Positions 1-8,358 of a DNA stretch of 64,000 nucleotides are shown here, piece after piece. The position numbers and the translations under genes are program-made. Positions within the stretch are counted from its first letter, which is position 1. Every line of letters starts with the position of its first letter. Under the pieces are notes generated by a model. The model worked only from the letters and a program-made list of their open reading frames with translations. It did no database searches and was not told where the DNA came from. The DNA is from Vicinamibacteria bacterium. GTDB lineage: Bacteria > Acidobacteriota > Vicinamibacteria > Marinacidobacterales > Marinacidobacteraceae. The stretch is from contig CAXXLQ010000004.1 in NCBI GenBank assembly GCA_963668695.2, forward strand, positions 3,072,001-3,136,000, given 5' to 3'.

Positions 1-597
1 GCCTCGGAAGCCGACTACGAACTCTTGGCAGACAGCGTCTCCATTCCTGCGGGGCAGGATCTTGCCGGAGACGCGGTCGTCGAACTCGCCGCCCTCACCG
101 ATCTCCTCTTCACGGAGGGCGCCGAAACCTTGCCGCTCAGTTTCGTCCCGCCGGCCGGTCAGGCCGTTCTCGGCGATCCGGTCGAGATCGCGATCATCGA
201 GGCCGGCGCGTCACCCTGTCCGGGGGTGATGCTGATTGGGCTGCCGTGGAGCGAGGAGGAGTCGGCCGACGAGGATATGCCGAACATGCTCGCCACCACC
301 CTGAGCATCGAGCTCGGGCCCGGCAGCGCCGGAACGCGGGTGGACCTCCTGGGTCCTTACTTCGACCTCGGCACGTACGGCCGGATCGCTGAGTCCGTGT
401 CGGCGTTCGGCATCAATCGGTGGGGCCTGCGTTCCCGGCCGGGCGCCCTCGTCCACGAACTCGACGTCAATTGGTCTGGGGAAGACTGGTTCGAGGAAGA
501 AGCGGAAGCGCGCCTGGAACTGGGCTTTGCGGGCGGCGCCTGTTCCGGCGAGCCGGTCGCATCCTGCACCAGCGCAGGCTGCGAAATCATTCCGTAG
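1..597 (+). CDS. C-terminal part of a putative surface protein with a Calx-beta-like segment (5'-truncated by window edge)
   Basis: Frame is open from base 1 (ASEADYELLADSVSIPAGQ...D..EGAETL.L), which resembles the Calx-beta DY...IPAG...D..EG.E pattern; acidic composition; Cys-containing C-terminus. Confidence 0.45.
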   Translation, partial: ASEADYELLADSVSIPAGQDLAGDAVVELAALTDLLFTEGAETLPLSFVPPAGQAVLGDPVEIAIIEAGASPCPGVMLIGLPWSEEESADEDMPNMLATTLSIELGPGSAGTRVDLLGPYFDLGTYGRIAESVSAFGINRWGLRSRPGALVHELDVNWSGEDWFEEEAEARLELGFAGGACSGEPVASCTSAGCEIIP

Positions 598-624
598 GGG
601 CGGATCTGGGCCAGCGCTACCTGG

Positions 625-704
625 CAGCCGGTGGTGAAACCCAGGCGGCCCGGTTCTCCCGGTGGGGGCTCCTCCCTCACGCGCCTTGTCAGCCGGGCAG
701 GCTG
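625..704. mobile_element. Short copy of MITE family A
   Basis: Ends CAGCCGGTGG.../...CAGGCTG, flanked by CTGG (621-624) and CTAG (705-708); shares the internal CCTCCCTCACGCGCCTTGTCAGCCGG module with other copies. Confidence 0.7.
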
Positions 705-2129
705 CTAGACCGGGGGGAGTTCCTCGTGCCAGGCGGTGCGCTCTTGATAGGCATGGGCGACCTGAAGGAGGCGCGCCTCGGAGAACGGCGGTCCGTAGAT
801 CTGGAGAGCGAGCGGCCGTTTGGGGGCCTCGGCGGAGAACCCGCAACCCATCGTGAGGCCGGGGTATCCGGTCATGTTGCCGATGAAGGTGTTCCCGGGG
901 CGGGTCGTCAGTTCATCCGGATCGGTTCCGGCCCGAACATCGCTCCCGGCTGCTTCTTCGGATCGCAGACGATCGGCAGGTGAGAACGAACTGGGCACGA
1001 TCATCACGTCGCAGTTCCGGAAGACCTCGGCCATTTCCTGCTGGAGGATGGTCCGCACCCGGAGGGCCTTGATGTAGTCGGTGGCCGGGTAGAACTTGGC
1101 CACTTCCAGGCGCTCGCGCACCAGCGGGTCAAGATCCTCGGGCTGCTCGGCGAGCCGTTTTTCGTGAAACGTCGCGGCCTCCGCCATCGCAACGATCCAG
1201 CCCGCGCTCCCCGCGAGTTGGGCGTGCGGCACCTCGACCTCGACGATCTCCGCGCCATCCGCCGTCAACAGCGCGATTGCGGTGTGGACGGCCTCCTGGA
1301 CTTCTGGCGTCGCGGCATCGAAGAAACCCGACCCCGGAACTCCGATCCGGAGGCCGGACACGTCGGGAGTGAGTCCCGCGAGGTAGTCGGGCACCGGTTG
1401 GTCGGCCGCGGTGAGATCCCGAGGATCGGCGCCGGCGATCGCGCCGAGCATGGCCGCAGCGTCCCAGGCGGTCCGGGTCATCGGGCCAGCGTGGTCGAGG
1501 GTCCAACTGAGGGTGGTGACTCCGAACCGGCTGATGCGCCCGTAGGTCTGTTTGAGGCCGATGATGCCGCAGGCGGCGGCCGGACCGCGGATGGACCCCC
1601 CGGTGTCGGTGCCGATCGAGAGCGGCACGAGGCGCGCCGCGAGCGCCGCTCCCGACCCGGACGAAGATCCCGAGGGGGTGTAGTCGGTGGCCCAGGGATT
1701 CCGCGCCGGGCCGAACCCGGAGAGCACCCCACTTCCCATTGCGAACTCGAGCAGGTTGAGCTTGCCGACCAGAATGGCCCCGGCGTCATTCAATCTCGCA
1801 GTGATCGTGGACTCGTAGTCCGGGACCCAATCTGCGGTGGCCTTCGAGCCGTTCGTCGTGAGGATGCCGGCGGTCGCGAGGATGTCTTTGGGCGCGTAGG
1901 GAATTCCGTGCAGGGGTCCGCGCCAGTTGCCGGCGGCGATTTCCGCCTCGGCTTCCCGGGCTCGCTCGCGCGCGTGGTCGCCGGTCACGGTTATGAAGGC
2001 GTTGATTGCGGGCTCCGTGGCCTCGATGTGGGCGAGGTGGGCATCCACCACTTCGACGGGTGAAAGCTCCTGACGGCGGATGCGTTCCGACAGCGACTGG
2101 GCGCTGAGCTGGCAGAGTTCGGGGATCAC
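705..2129 (-). CDS. Amidase signature family protein (GatA/AtzE-like)
   Basis: GPLHGIPYAPKD, SGSSSGS and IGTDTGGSIRGPA motifs (Lys-cisSer-Ser triad); no gatB nearby. Confidence 0.9.
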   Translation of the reverse strand: MIPELCQLSAQSLSERIRRQELSPVEVVDAHLAHIEATEPAINAFITVTGDHARERAREAEAEIAAGNWRGPLHGIPYAPKDILATAGILTTNGSKATADWVPDYESTITARLNDAGAILVGKLNLLEFAMGSGVLSGFGPARNPWATDYTPSGSSSGSGAALAARLVPLSIGTDTGGSIRGPAAACGIIGLKQTYGRISRFGVTTLSWTLDHAGPMTRTAWDAAAMLGAIAGADPRDLTAADQPVPDYLAGLTPDVSGLRIGVPGSGFFDAATPEVQEAVHTAIALLTADGAEIVEVEVPHAQLAGSAGWIVAMAEAATFHEKRLAEQPEDLDPLVRERLEVAKFYPATDYIKALRVRTILQQEMAEVFRNCDVMIVPSSFSPADRLRSEEAAGSDVRAGTDPDELTTRPGNTFIGNMTGYPGLTMGCGFSAEAPKRPLALQIYGPPFSEARLLQVAHAYQERTAWHEELPPV

Positions 2130-2131
2130 TT

Positions 2132-2449
2132 TCAGTCCCCCTCAGCTGCGGGACCCCGCGCCACGAAGAGCACGGCCGGCTCCACCAGATCTGGAATCTC
2201 GAGATCCCGGACCGCCCGGAAGAAGGCGTGATTCATCCGTACCGCCGGCAGGATCGTCGACAGACGATCAGCGGGCAGGGGATTGTCCGTCAGGCTGTTC
2301 GCGTACTCGAGCGCCGCGACCGTGGCGCCCTCGCCCGGTTTCGGGCTCGCCCCGCACCCAGCCAGGACGAGGGGCGCCGCCAAGGGGGCCACCGCGGCGC
2401 CACCCAGCAGCCGCCTACGGGTTATGGGTTTCGGATCGCGCTTGCTCAT
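2132..2449 (-). CDS. Small Tat-signal lipoprotein with GatC/AtzG-like C-terminus
   Basis: GGAGG RBS before ATG 2449; ITRRRLL twin-arginine motif; LAGC lipobox; C-terminal VRDLEIPDLVEPAVLF; ends 2 nt before the amidase start. Confidence 0.7.
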   Translation of the reverse strand: MSKRDPKPITRRRLLGGAAVAPLAAPLVLAGCGASPKPGEGATVAALEYANSLTDNPLPADRLSTILPAVRMNHAFFRAVRDLEIPDLVEPAVLFVARGPAAEGD

Positions 2450-2516
2450 AACGGACCTCCGTTGGCGGCAACCTCCTCCGCATTCTACCGGCGCTGTCTC
2501 CCGCGCAGTCCGCCAG

Positions 2517-2685
2517 GAGCCCGCAGTGAAATCCACGCGGCGTTCGGCCGGCGATCCATCCCGGCTGAACCGCGCCGCTCATCGTTGCGTTTCAGTCGGA
2601 ATACACCCGGTATTCCTCCCTCACGCGCCTTGTCAGCCGGGCGCCTCCCCGGCCTCGGCGCTCACGTGGGTTCCACCACAGGCTC
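2517..2685. mobile_element. MITE family A copy
   Basis: Termini GAGCCCGCAGTGAAATCC / GGTTCCACCACAGGCTC; flanks CCAG and CTAG; shared internal modules. Confidence 0.75.
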
Positions 2686-2722
2686 CTAGACCCATCCGCC
2701 GGACGGGGTATCCTTATTCCCC

Positions 2723-3448
2723 GTGCTGCTTCGGGAAGCGGATCGCACGGCGGTCCGGAAACACTTCGAGGACCTCGCCGGCCCCGTTTCCGCCACTCTC
2801 TATTCCAGATACGACAGCTCGCTGGTGCTCCCCGGCCGGACGTCCTGTCCGACCTGCGGAACGACCGAAGCTCTACTTCGGGAGGTGGAAGAACTCTCGG
2901 AAAAACTCACCATCGAGGTGCGCGACGTAGATCAGGTTCCGAATGCGGCACGCGATGCCGGGATCGCTCGCCTGCCGGCGATCGAACTCACCGGCGTAGC
3001 GAAGGGGAGAGTCCGATTTCTGGGGCTTCCCGACGGCCATGAGTTCGGGTCGTTGATCACCGCGGCAACCTGGGTTTCCGGAGCACCTCTGACCATTTCT
3101 GAAGAGACCAGGGGGCAGTTGTCGATGCTTCGTCGCCCCCTCCACGTCAAGGTCTTCACCACCCCTACGTGACCCTGGTGTGCGCCGGCGGCCAGTCTGG
3201 CCGTCCAGTTCGCGGTCATTAGTCCCGAGGTGACCACCGACATCGTCATGGTTCAGGAATTTCCGGATCTGGCGCGGACCTACGCGGTGGCTTCGGTGCC
3301 GCTGACCGTGGTCGAACCGCTGGAAGACGGCGCCGGATTGGTCGGGCAGGGGACGTCGCTGCTGGGCGCGCGAGGAGAGGAAGCGTTCCTCTCCGCAATC
3401 GCTGAGGTGGGCGGAATCGGGAATTCGAATCAGGATCCGGGATCGTGA
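2723..3448 (+). CDS. Protein-disulfide oxidoreductase / AhpF-NTD-like two-thioredoxin-fold protein, predicted selenoprotein (Sec at TGA 3170-3172)
   Basis: ORFs 2723-3172 and 3230-3448 are in the same frame; readthrough gives KVFTTPT-U-PWC, matching the PDO C-terminal FxTPTCPxC site; N-terminal CPTC; downstream V(A)SVP cis-Pro motif. Confidence 0.9.
3187..3205 (+). promoter_or_regulatory. Putative bacterial SECIS hairpin
   Basis: GGCGGCCA-GTC-TGGCCGTC stem-loop; loop G is the 23rd nt after the UGA. Confidence 0.65.
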
Positions 3449-4950
3449 GCATTCATCGTCGCCGGTATCCCGGAGCCGATTGGCGGATGGACCGCCGCGG
3501 CGCGCTTCGCGTTCTCTCCGGAGGGGCGGGACTCGCTTTCGGGGTTCCCGCCTTTGGACGAGAGAAGACCCCACCGTTCTCCGAGGACTCGCTTGCCGAT
3601 CTGGACCGACGGCTCCATGCGGTACGGAGGCGATTCGGCCTGCGGCGCGCCATCGGCATTCACGTCGAAGATCTCGAGACCGGCGCACCGCTGTTCAGCC
3701 ACAACGCGGACCGAACCTACGTGCCGGCCTCCGGGATGAAGCTGCCCGTCATGGCGGCCTGCCTCCACTATCTGGGGCCGAGCTACCGCTTTTCAACACA
3801 TCTCCTGGTGAATACCCCGCCAACCGAGGCCGGAGTCATCGAAGGTCCGGTCTACGTTGTCGGGTCCGGCGACCCCAGCCTGAATCGGCACGACATGGAC
3901 TTCATCGCGGACTCCCTGGCAGCGTTCGGGATCACCGAGGTCCGTGGCGACATCATTCTGGACGACTCGTTCTTCGAAGCCCAGGAGACCGATCAGGCCC
4001 TCGTGAGCCGCCGGCTCCGTTACAAGGAGCCAATTCAGAGCGCCCTCGGCTACCACTGGAACCAGGTCGAGGTCGCCGGCGTCCCAGGCTCGGGCAATCG
4101 ACCCGACGTGCGCGACGAGGGCTATGGCTATTACACCGTCCAGAACCAGATGGTGCTCCGCAATTCCGGGCGGCCCTACATCCTGGCCCAGCGCCGGGGA
4201 ACCCGGAGGATTCGTCTGCAGGGACGAATCCTCAGGAACGGCAATGAGCGCGTCGCCCGCTTCACCGCTACCGAACCGGCCCTCTATTTCGGGTACGCCC
4301 TCAAGGGCAAACTCGTCGAGCGCGGAGTCTCGGTAACCGGGGAACCACGGCGTGGTGTGATTCCGGCGCCGGGGGACAAACTCCTTCTCTACCGCAACGA
4401 ATCGGCCCCGCTGACCCAGGTCGTGGAGGCGCTCGGCAAATACAGCAACAACTGGTCCGCCGAACAATTGCTCTTCGCCGTCGGGGCCCATCGATGGGGA
4501 CCGCCCGGAACCCGCGAGAAGGGGGTTCGAGCCACCGAGGAGTACCTCGTGGGTCTCGGCTTCCCGGCTGACACTTTCTCGGTGGACGACGGCTCGGGAC
4601 TCTCGAGAAAGAACCGTTTGAGCGCCCGCCTCCTCGTCGGAGTTGTCCGCGACCTGTATAGCCAGCCGGAGCTCCGGACCGATTTCCTGTGCTCCCTCGC
4701 CGTTTCCGGAGTGGACGGCACCCTCGCCCGCCGTCTCTGGGGCGAAGAAACCCTCGGCCGGGTGATGGCCAAGACGGGAACGCTGAGCGGCGTCAGTTCG
4801 CTCTCGGGCGTAGCCTTCCCGCTGGCCGCCGAGAACCGGGCGCTCGGGTTTTCGGTGATGACGAACGGCATCCGCAACTCGTGGAATGGCGACGCGGTCG
4901 AAAACCTGATCGCCGCCGAACTCGTTCGCTGGAACGGCGTGTCCGCCTAG
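3445..4950 (+). CDS. dacB: D-Ala-D-Ala carboxypeptidase/endopeptidase (PBP4, peptidase S13)
   Basis: PASGMK (SxxK), GSGDPSL, YSNN (SxN), DGSGLSR and AKTGTL motifs; Tat-like MDRRGAL signal. Confidence 0.93.
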   Translation: MSIHRRRYPGADWRMDRRGALRVLSGGAGLAFGVPAFGREKTPPFSEDSLADLDRRLHAVRRRFGLRRAIGIHVEDLETGAPLFSHNADRTYVPASGMKLPVMAACLHYLGPSYRFSTHLLVNTPPTEAGVIEGPVYVVGSGDPSLNRHDMDFIADSLAAFGITEVRGDIILDDSFFEAQETDQALVSRRLRYKEPIQSALGYHWNQVEVAGVPGSGNRPDVRDEGYGYYTVQNQMVLRNSGRPYILAQRRGTRRIRLQGRILRNGNERVARFTATEPALYFGYALKGKLVERGVSVTGEPRRGVIPAPGDKLLLYRNESAPLTQVVEALGKYSNNWSAEQLLFAVGAHRWGPPGTREKGVRATEEYLVGLGFPADTFSVDDGSGLSRKNRLSARLLVGVVRDLYSQPELRTDFLCSLAVSGVDGTLARRLWGEETLGRVMAKTGTLSGVSSLSGVAFPLAAENRALGFSVMTNGIRNSWNGDAVENLIAAELVRWNGVSA

Positions 4951-5309
4951 CGGCCTGTGAACAAAGTCACGCGGCATTCCCGAGCCAGAAGGGATGGTGG
5001 TCGGGTGATCCCGCCCCCCGTCCCTTCCGCTCCGGGGTCTCCGCGGTGCTCCCGCCCCGCTCCGGAAGCCCGAGTCAAGAGGGATCGGGGTCGGGTGATC
5101 CCGCCCCCCGTCCCTTCCGCTCCGGGGTCTCCGCGGTGCTCCCGCCCCGCTCCGGAAGCGACCGGCGATGCATCCCGGCTGAGCCGCGCCTCTACGAGGC
5201 GCTCATCGTTGCGCTTCGACCGAAATACTCTCGGTATTCCTTCCTCGCGCGCCTTGTCAGCCGGGCGCCTCACCGGTCTCGGTGCGCACGCCACCTTGTC
5301 CACAGGCTG
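4951..5309. mobile_element. MITE family A copy with an internal 90-bp tandem duplication
   Basis: TIR CGGCCTGTGAACAAAG / CCTTGTCCACAGGCTG; CTAG duplicated at 4947-4950 and 5310-5313; internal repeat with period 90 (5001 and 5091). Confidence 0.8.
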
Positions 5310-5330
5310 CTAGCCGCGGACGGGAGAGCG

Positions 5331-6428
5331 GTGAGGGGCGTCCCCGGACTCGATCCCCCGGAATACGTCGACTGGAGCGAGGATCCGGAACTCCTCCGTG
5401 AGTTCGCGGCGGTGCCCCTGAACGACTCCGCGCGCGCTCAGATCGTTCAGGATCTCGGCGAGCCGATAAGGCTCCGCCTCTACGAAGGTCTGGTCAGGAA
5501 CCGCCTCTACGACCTTCAGTTGAAGCGGTGGGTCCGTTCCGGGGTGCTCTCCAAGGCATGGCTCGGGCCTGGCGAAGAAGCCGTGACCGTGGGGGCCTGC
5601 CACGCGTTGGAGCCGGGGGACGTGGTCGGGCCGATGATCCGCAACATCGGCGCCTTTCACGAACGGGGGATGAGTCTTGCCTCCATGTTCCGGGGAGCGC
5701 TCGGAACCGGGGACGGACCGGCACGGGGCAGGGATCTCCATTTTGGAGACCTCACGCGCGGCATCGTCGCGCCGATCAGCATGGTCGGTTCGCTGCTTCC
5801 GGTCTGCGCCGGCATGGCTCTCGCATTCCGGCTCCGGGGCGAGTCACGGGTCGCGCTGACCTGGGCAGGCGACGGCACCACCGGAACCGCGGCGTTCCAC
5901 GAAGGCATGGTCTCGGCGGTCGCGCTCAAGACCCCGCTGATCGTGGTGATTCAGAACAACCGGATCGCCCTGGGCACTCCGCTGGACGATGGAGCCGACG
6001 AACGCTTCGCGCGCCTCGGGGGCGGATACGGGATTTCCACATTGCCAGTGGATGGCAACAACGTGCTGGATGTCTTCGCGGCCACCGCACTGGCCCGGAA
6101 GGAGGCCCTGAGGCATTACCGACCCGTGTTCGTGCTTGCCGACACCTTTCGGATGGGCGGACACGCAACCCACGACGAGGGAGAGAGCCGGCGAATCCTG
6201 CCCGCCGAACTATTCGATCACTACGGGCGCCGCGATCCGGTCGGCACCTATCGAGCTTTTCTGCGGAAGGGCGGGATCGGAGGCGAGCCAGTGGCCGAAT
6301 CCGTCCTGAAGGACATCGAGGCGCGAGTCGGGGCGGAAGTCGAGAGTGCCGAACGCGAGGCGTTGGCCTCGCACCGGTTTGCGCGACCCGATCCCGCTAC
6401 GGCGGGGGAAGGGGTCTTCGCCCGCTGA
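5331..6428 (+). CDS. TPP-dependent 2-oxoacid dehydrogenase E1 alpha subunit
   Basis: GEEA, GDG...NN TPP-binding motif, VDGNNV and TFRMGGHATHD; start placed at GTG 5331 because the upstream part of the ORF is MITE sequence. Confidence 0.88.
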   Translation: MRGVPGLDPPEYVDWSEDPELLREFAAVPLNDSARAQIVQDLGEPIRLRLYEGLVRNRLYDLQLKRWVRSGVLSKAWLGPGEEAVTVGACHALEPGDVVGPMIRNIGAFHERGMSLASMFRGALGTGDGPARGRDLHFGDLTRGIVAPISMVGSLLPVCAGMALAFRLRGESRVALTWAGDGTTGTAAFHEGMVSAVALKTPLIVVIQNNRIALGTPLDDGADERFARLGGGYGISTLPVDGNNVLDVFAATALARKEALRHYRPVFVLADTFRMGGHATHDEGESRRILPAELFDHYGRRDPVGTYRAFLRKGGIGGEPVAESVLKDIEARVGAEVESAEREALASHRFARPDPATAGEGVFAR

Positions 6429-6438
6429 CGACCTTTAA

Positions 6439-6585
6439 CAACCGGTGGTGAAACCCACGCGGCGTTTGCGTTTGGGTCGAAATACACCCGGTATTCCTCC
6501 CTCACGCGCCTTGTCAGCCGGGCGCCTCGCCCCCACCGGGAGAACTGGCCGGCCTCGGCACTCACGCGGGCTCCACCACAGGCTG
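6439..6585. mobile_element. MITE family A copy
   Basis: TIR CAACCGGTGGTGAAACCC / GGGCTCCACCACAGGCTG; TTAA duplicated at 6435-6438 and 6586-6589. Confidence 0.8.
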
Positions 6586-6612
6586 TTAACTTGGGGGCTT
6601 TTGCCCGCTGAC

Positions 6613-7050
6613 CTAAAGCCGCATCTTGGCCGGGAAGTGGTTCAGCCCGAGGCGTATAGCGGTACGGTCCGTCTGGTCCACGATCGCGGCGGCGTTGATG
6701 CCGATCGCGATGACGATCGCTTCGCTGATCTCTTCCTTGGTGGCCCCGAGTTTGAGGGCCTTCTTCACATGACCGTCGAGGCATCCCTCGCACTTGGCGA
6801 TTAGCGAGCAGGCGAGCGCGATGAGCTCCTGAATCTTCGGATCCAGATGCTTGTTCTCCGAAAAATAGGTCTCTTTGTAGAACTGACCGTAGATGGCCTT
6901 CATCCGCGGCTCGATCATCGAATACGACGTCAGCGCCGAGCCGTTGTTCTTCTGTCCGCCGCTTTTTTCTTTTTCGCCGCTCCCGCGCTGCTCCGGCTCG
7001 GAGTCGATGCCGGGGATCCGGGCCTCGGGGGCCGCTGCGTTGTCCGCCAT
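6613..7050 (-). CDS. Carboxymuconolactone decarboxylase / AhpD-like protein
   Basis: LDPKIQELIALA..CEGCLDGH.KKA.KLGATKEEISEA signature with CxxC. Confidence 0.88.
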   Translation of the reverse strand: MADNAAAPEARIPGIDSEPEQRGSGEKEKSGGQKNNGSALTSYSMIEPRMKAIYGQFYKETYFSENKHLDPKIQELIALACSLIAKCEGCLDGHVKKALKLGATKEEISEAIVIAIGINAAAIVDQTDRTAIRLGLNHFPAKMRL

Positions 7051-7190
7051 TCCGGATGTTGCCTCATGCCCGCCACTCTGGCCGGGACTTCGTCTCGGGG
7101 GGACGGCGGGTGGAGCGGCCGCTTGTCTGGCGCCGCCCGCTCAGCGCGTCGAAAAGGGAGTAACCGGTGAAGGTTAGCATCAGGGAAACG

Positions 7191-7655
7191 ATGCAGACCT
7201 TTCGATGTTCCGTAGCCTTGACGGCTCCGCTCGACGCGGTCTTTGGGTTCTTTTCGAACACCAGGAATCTGGAGGTGCTGACCCCGCCGTGGCTCCGCTT
7301 CCGGGTACTCACAGAAGGAGAGATCCCGATGTCCCGCGGCACGCAGATCGACTATCGGCTGCGGCTTCGCGGTCTACCGCTCCGGTGGCGTAGCGAGATC
7401 ACCGCGTGGGAGCCGCCGCATCGCTTTGTGGACGAACAGGTAGCTGGCCCCTACCGGAGCTGGGTTCATGAACACCGCTTCGAGGCCCGCGAGCGGCCGG
7501 GCAGGGACCCGGTGGTGGTCGCTCATGATGAAGTGCACTACCAGGCCCCGGGCGGAAGGTTCGTGAACCGGTTCCTGGTTGCGCCTGACCTCGAACGAAT
7601 CTTCGCCTACCGCACCAAACGGCTGAGGGAGCGGTTCGGAACGCCCGGCGGCTGA
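7191..7655 (+). CDS. SRPBCC family protein
   Basis: VFGFFS..RNLE.LTPPW, FVDEQVAGPYRSWVHEHRF and LERIFAYR motifs; alternative start at 7167. Confidence 0.88.
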   Translation: MQTFRCSVALTAPLDAVFGFFSNTRNLEVLTPPWLRFRVLTEGEIPMSRGTQIDYRLRLRGLPLRWRSEITAWEPPHRFVDEQVAGPYRSWVHEHRFEARERPGRDPVVVAHDEVHYQAPGGRFVNRFLVAPDLERIFAYRTKRLRERFGTPGG

Positions 7656-7796
7656 TGGCTCTCGTGGGGCGGGGGCCAGAACGACTCAACCCGGGGCAAA
7701 CGGCCGGCGCCCGCCCGCAAACCCGGGCGGGCTTCTCGGACAGGGTGCCGCGAGTGCCTTGAGAATTGCTGCTGCTCGCCGCCTGCGGCGGCGAGT

Positions 7797-8300
7797 GCCG
7801 GTCTGAAGACCGGCGTTCCCAAGCCGCGCCAGCGGCTTCGGATAAGCACCGCCTCCTTCATCGGAAGTCGCGAAGGGCTGTCCTGGGTCCGGATCGTGGC
7901 TCAATCCCGATCGGAAGTCGCCCTCGCGACTTCGCATCCGCAGCCATGTCGCACCGGGGGCCCGCCCGCATATCAGGGCGCGCTTATCGGACGCCGCGCC
8001 AGCGGCTTCGGATAAGCACCGCCTCCTTCATCGGAAGTCGCGAAGGGCCGTCCTGGGTCCGGATCGTGGCTCAATCCCGATCGGAAGTCGCCCTCGCGAC
8101 TTCGCATCCGCAGCCATGTCGCACCGGGGGCCCGCCCGCATATCAGGGCGCGCTTATCGGACGCCGCGCCAGCGGTCGGACGCCGCGCCAGCGGTCTTCG
8201 GATAAGCACCGCCTCCTTCATCGGAAGTCGCGAAGGGCCGTCCTGGGTCCGGATCGTGGCTCAATCCCGATCGGAAGTCGCCTTCGCGACTTCCGATAAG
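7797..8300. repeat. REP-like hairpin followed by three tandem ~170-190 bp structured repeats (family C)
   Basis: GCCGGTC-TGAA-GACCGGC at 7797-7814; unit CGGATAAGCACCGCCTCC...GAAGTCGCGAAGG...CCYTCGCGACTTC starts near 7838, 8009 and 8198; lies between convergent genes. Confidence 0.85.
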
Positions 8301-8358
8301 GATGCTTATGTTAAATAACGAGGACAGTGAGCCGCGTCGTCCCGGAGAACAGCGGACA

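Noticed and set aside
705-2129. Calling the amidase gatA
   Set aside because: No gatB adjacent, the partner has a Tat lipoprotein signal, and the sequence looks like a general amidase
2129-2134. Sec readthrough fusing the Tat protein to the amidase
   Set aside because: The TGA is not in frame with the amidase, which has its own GAGGGGG RBS and GTG start
4689-5330. Long N-terminal extension of E1-alpha, and similar extensions on recN, lptB, guaA, tsaB, DUF465 and mutS ORFs
   Set aside because: Extensions run through MITE/repeat DNA or overlap neighbouring genes; family motifs begin at downstream starts
7838-8300. Possible CRISPR array (also considered for 23650-24230, 32463-32987, 55868-56195 and 61564-62116)
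   Set aside because: Units are 90-261 bp with near-identical intervening sequence, there are no unique spacers of constant length, and no cas genes are present
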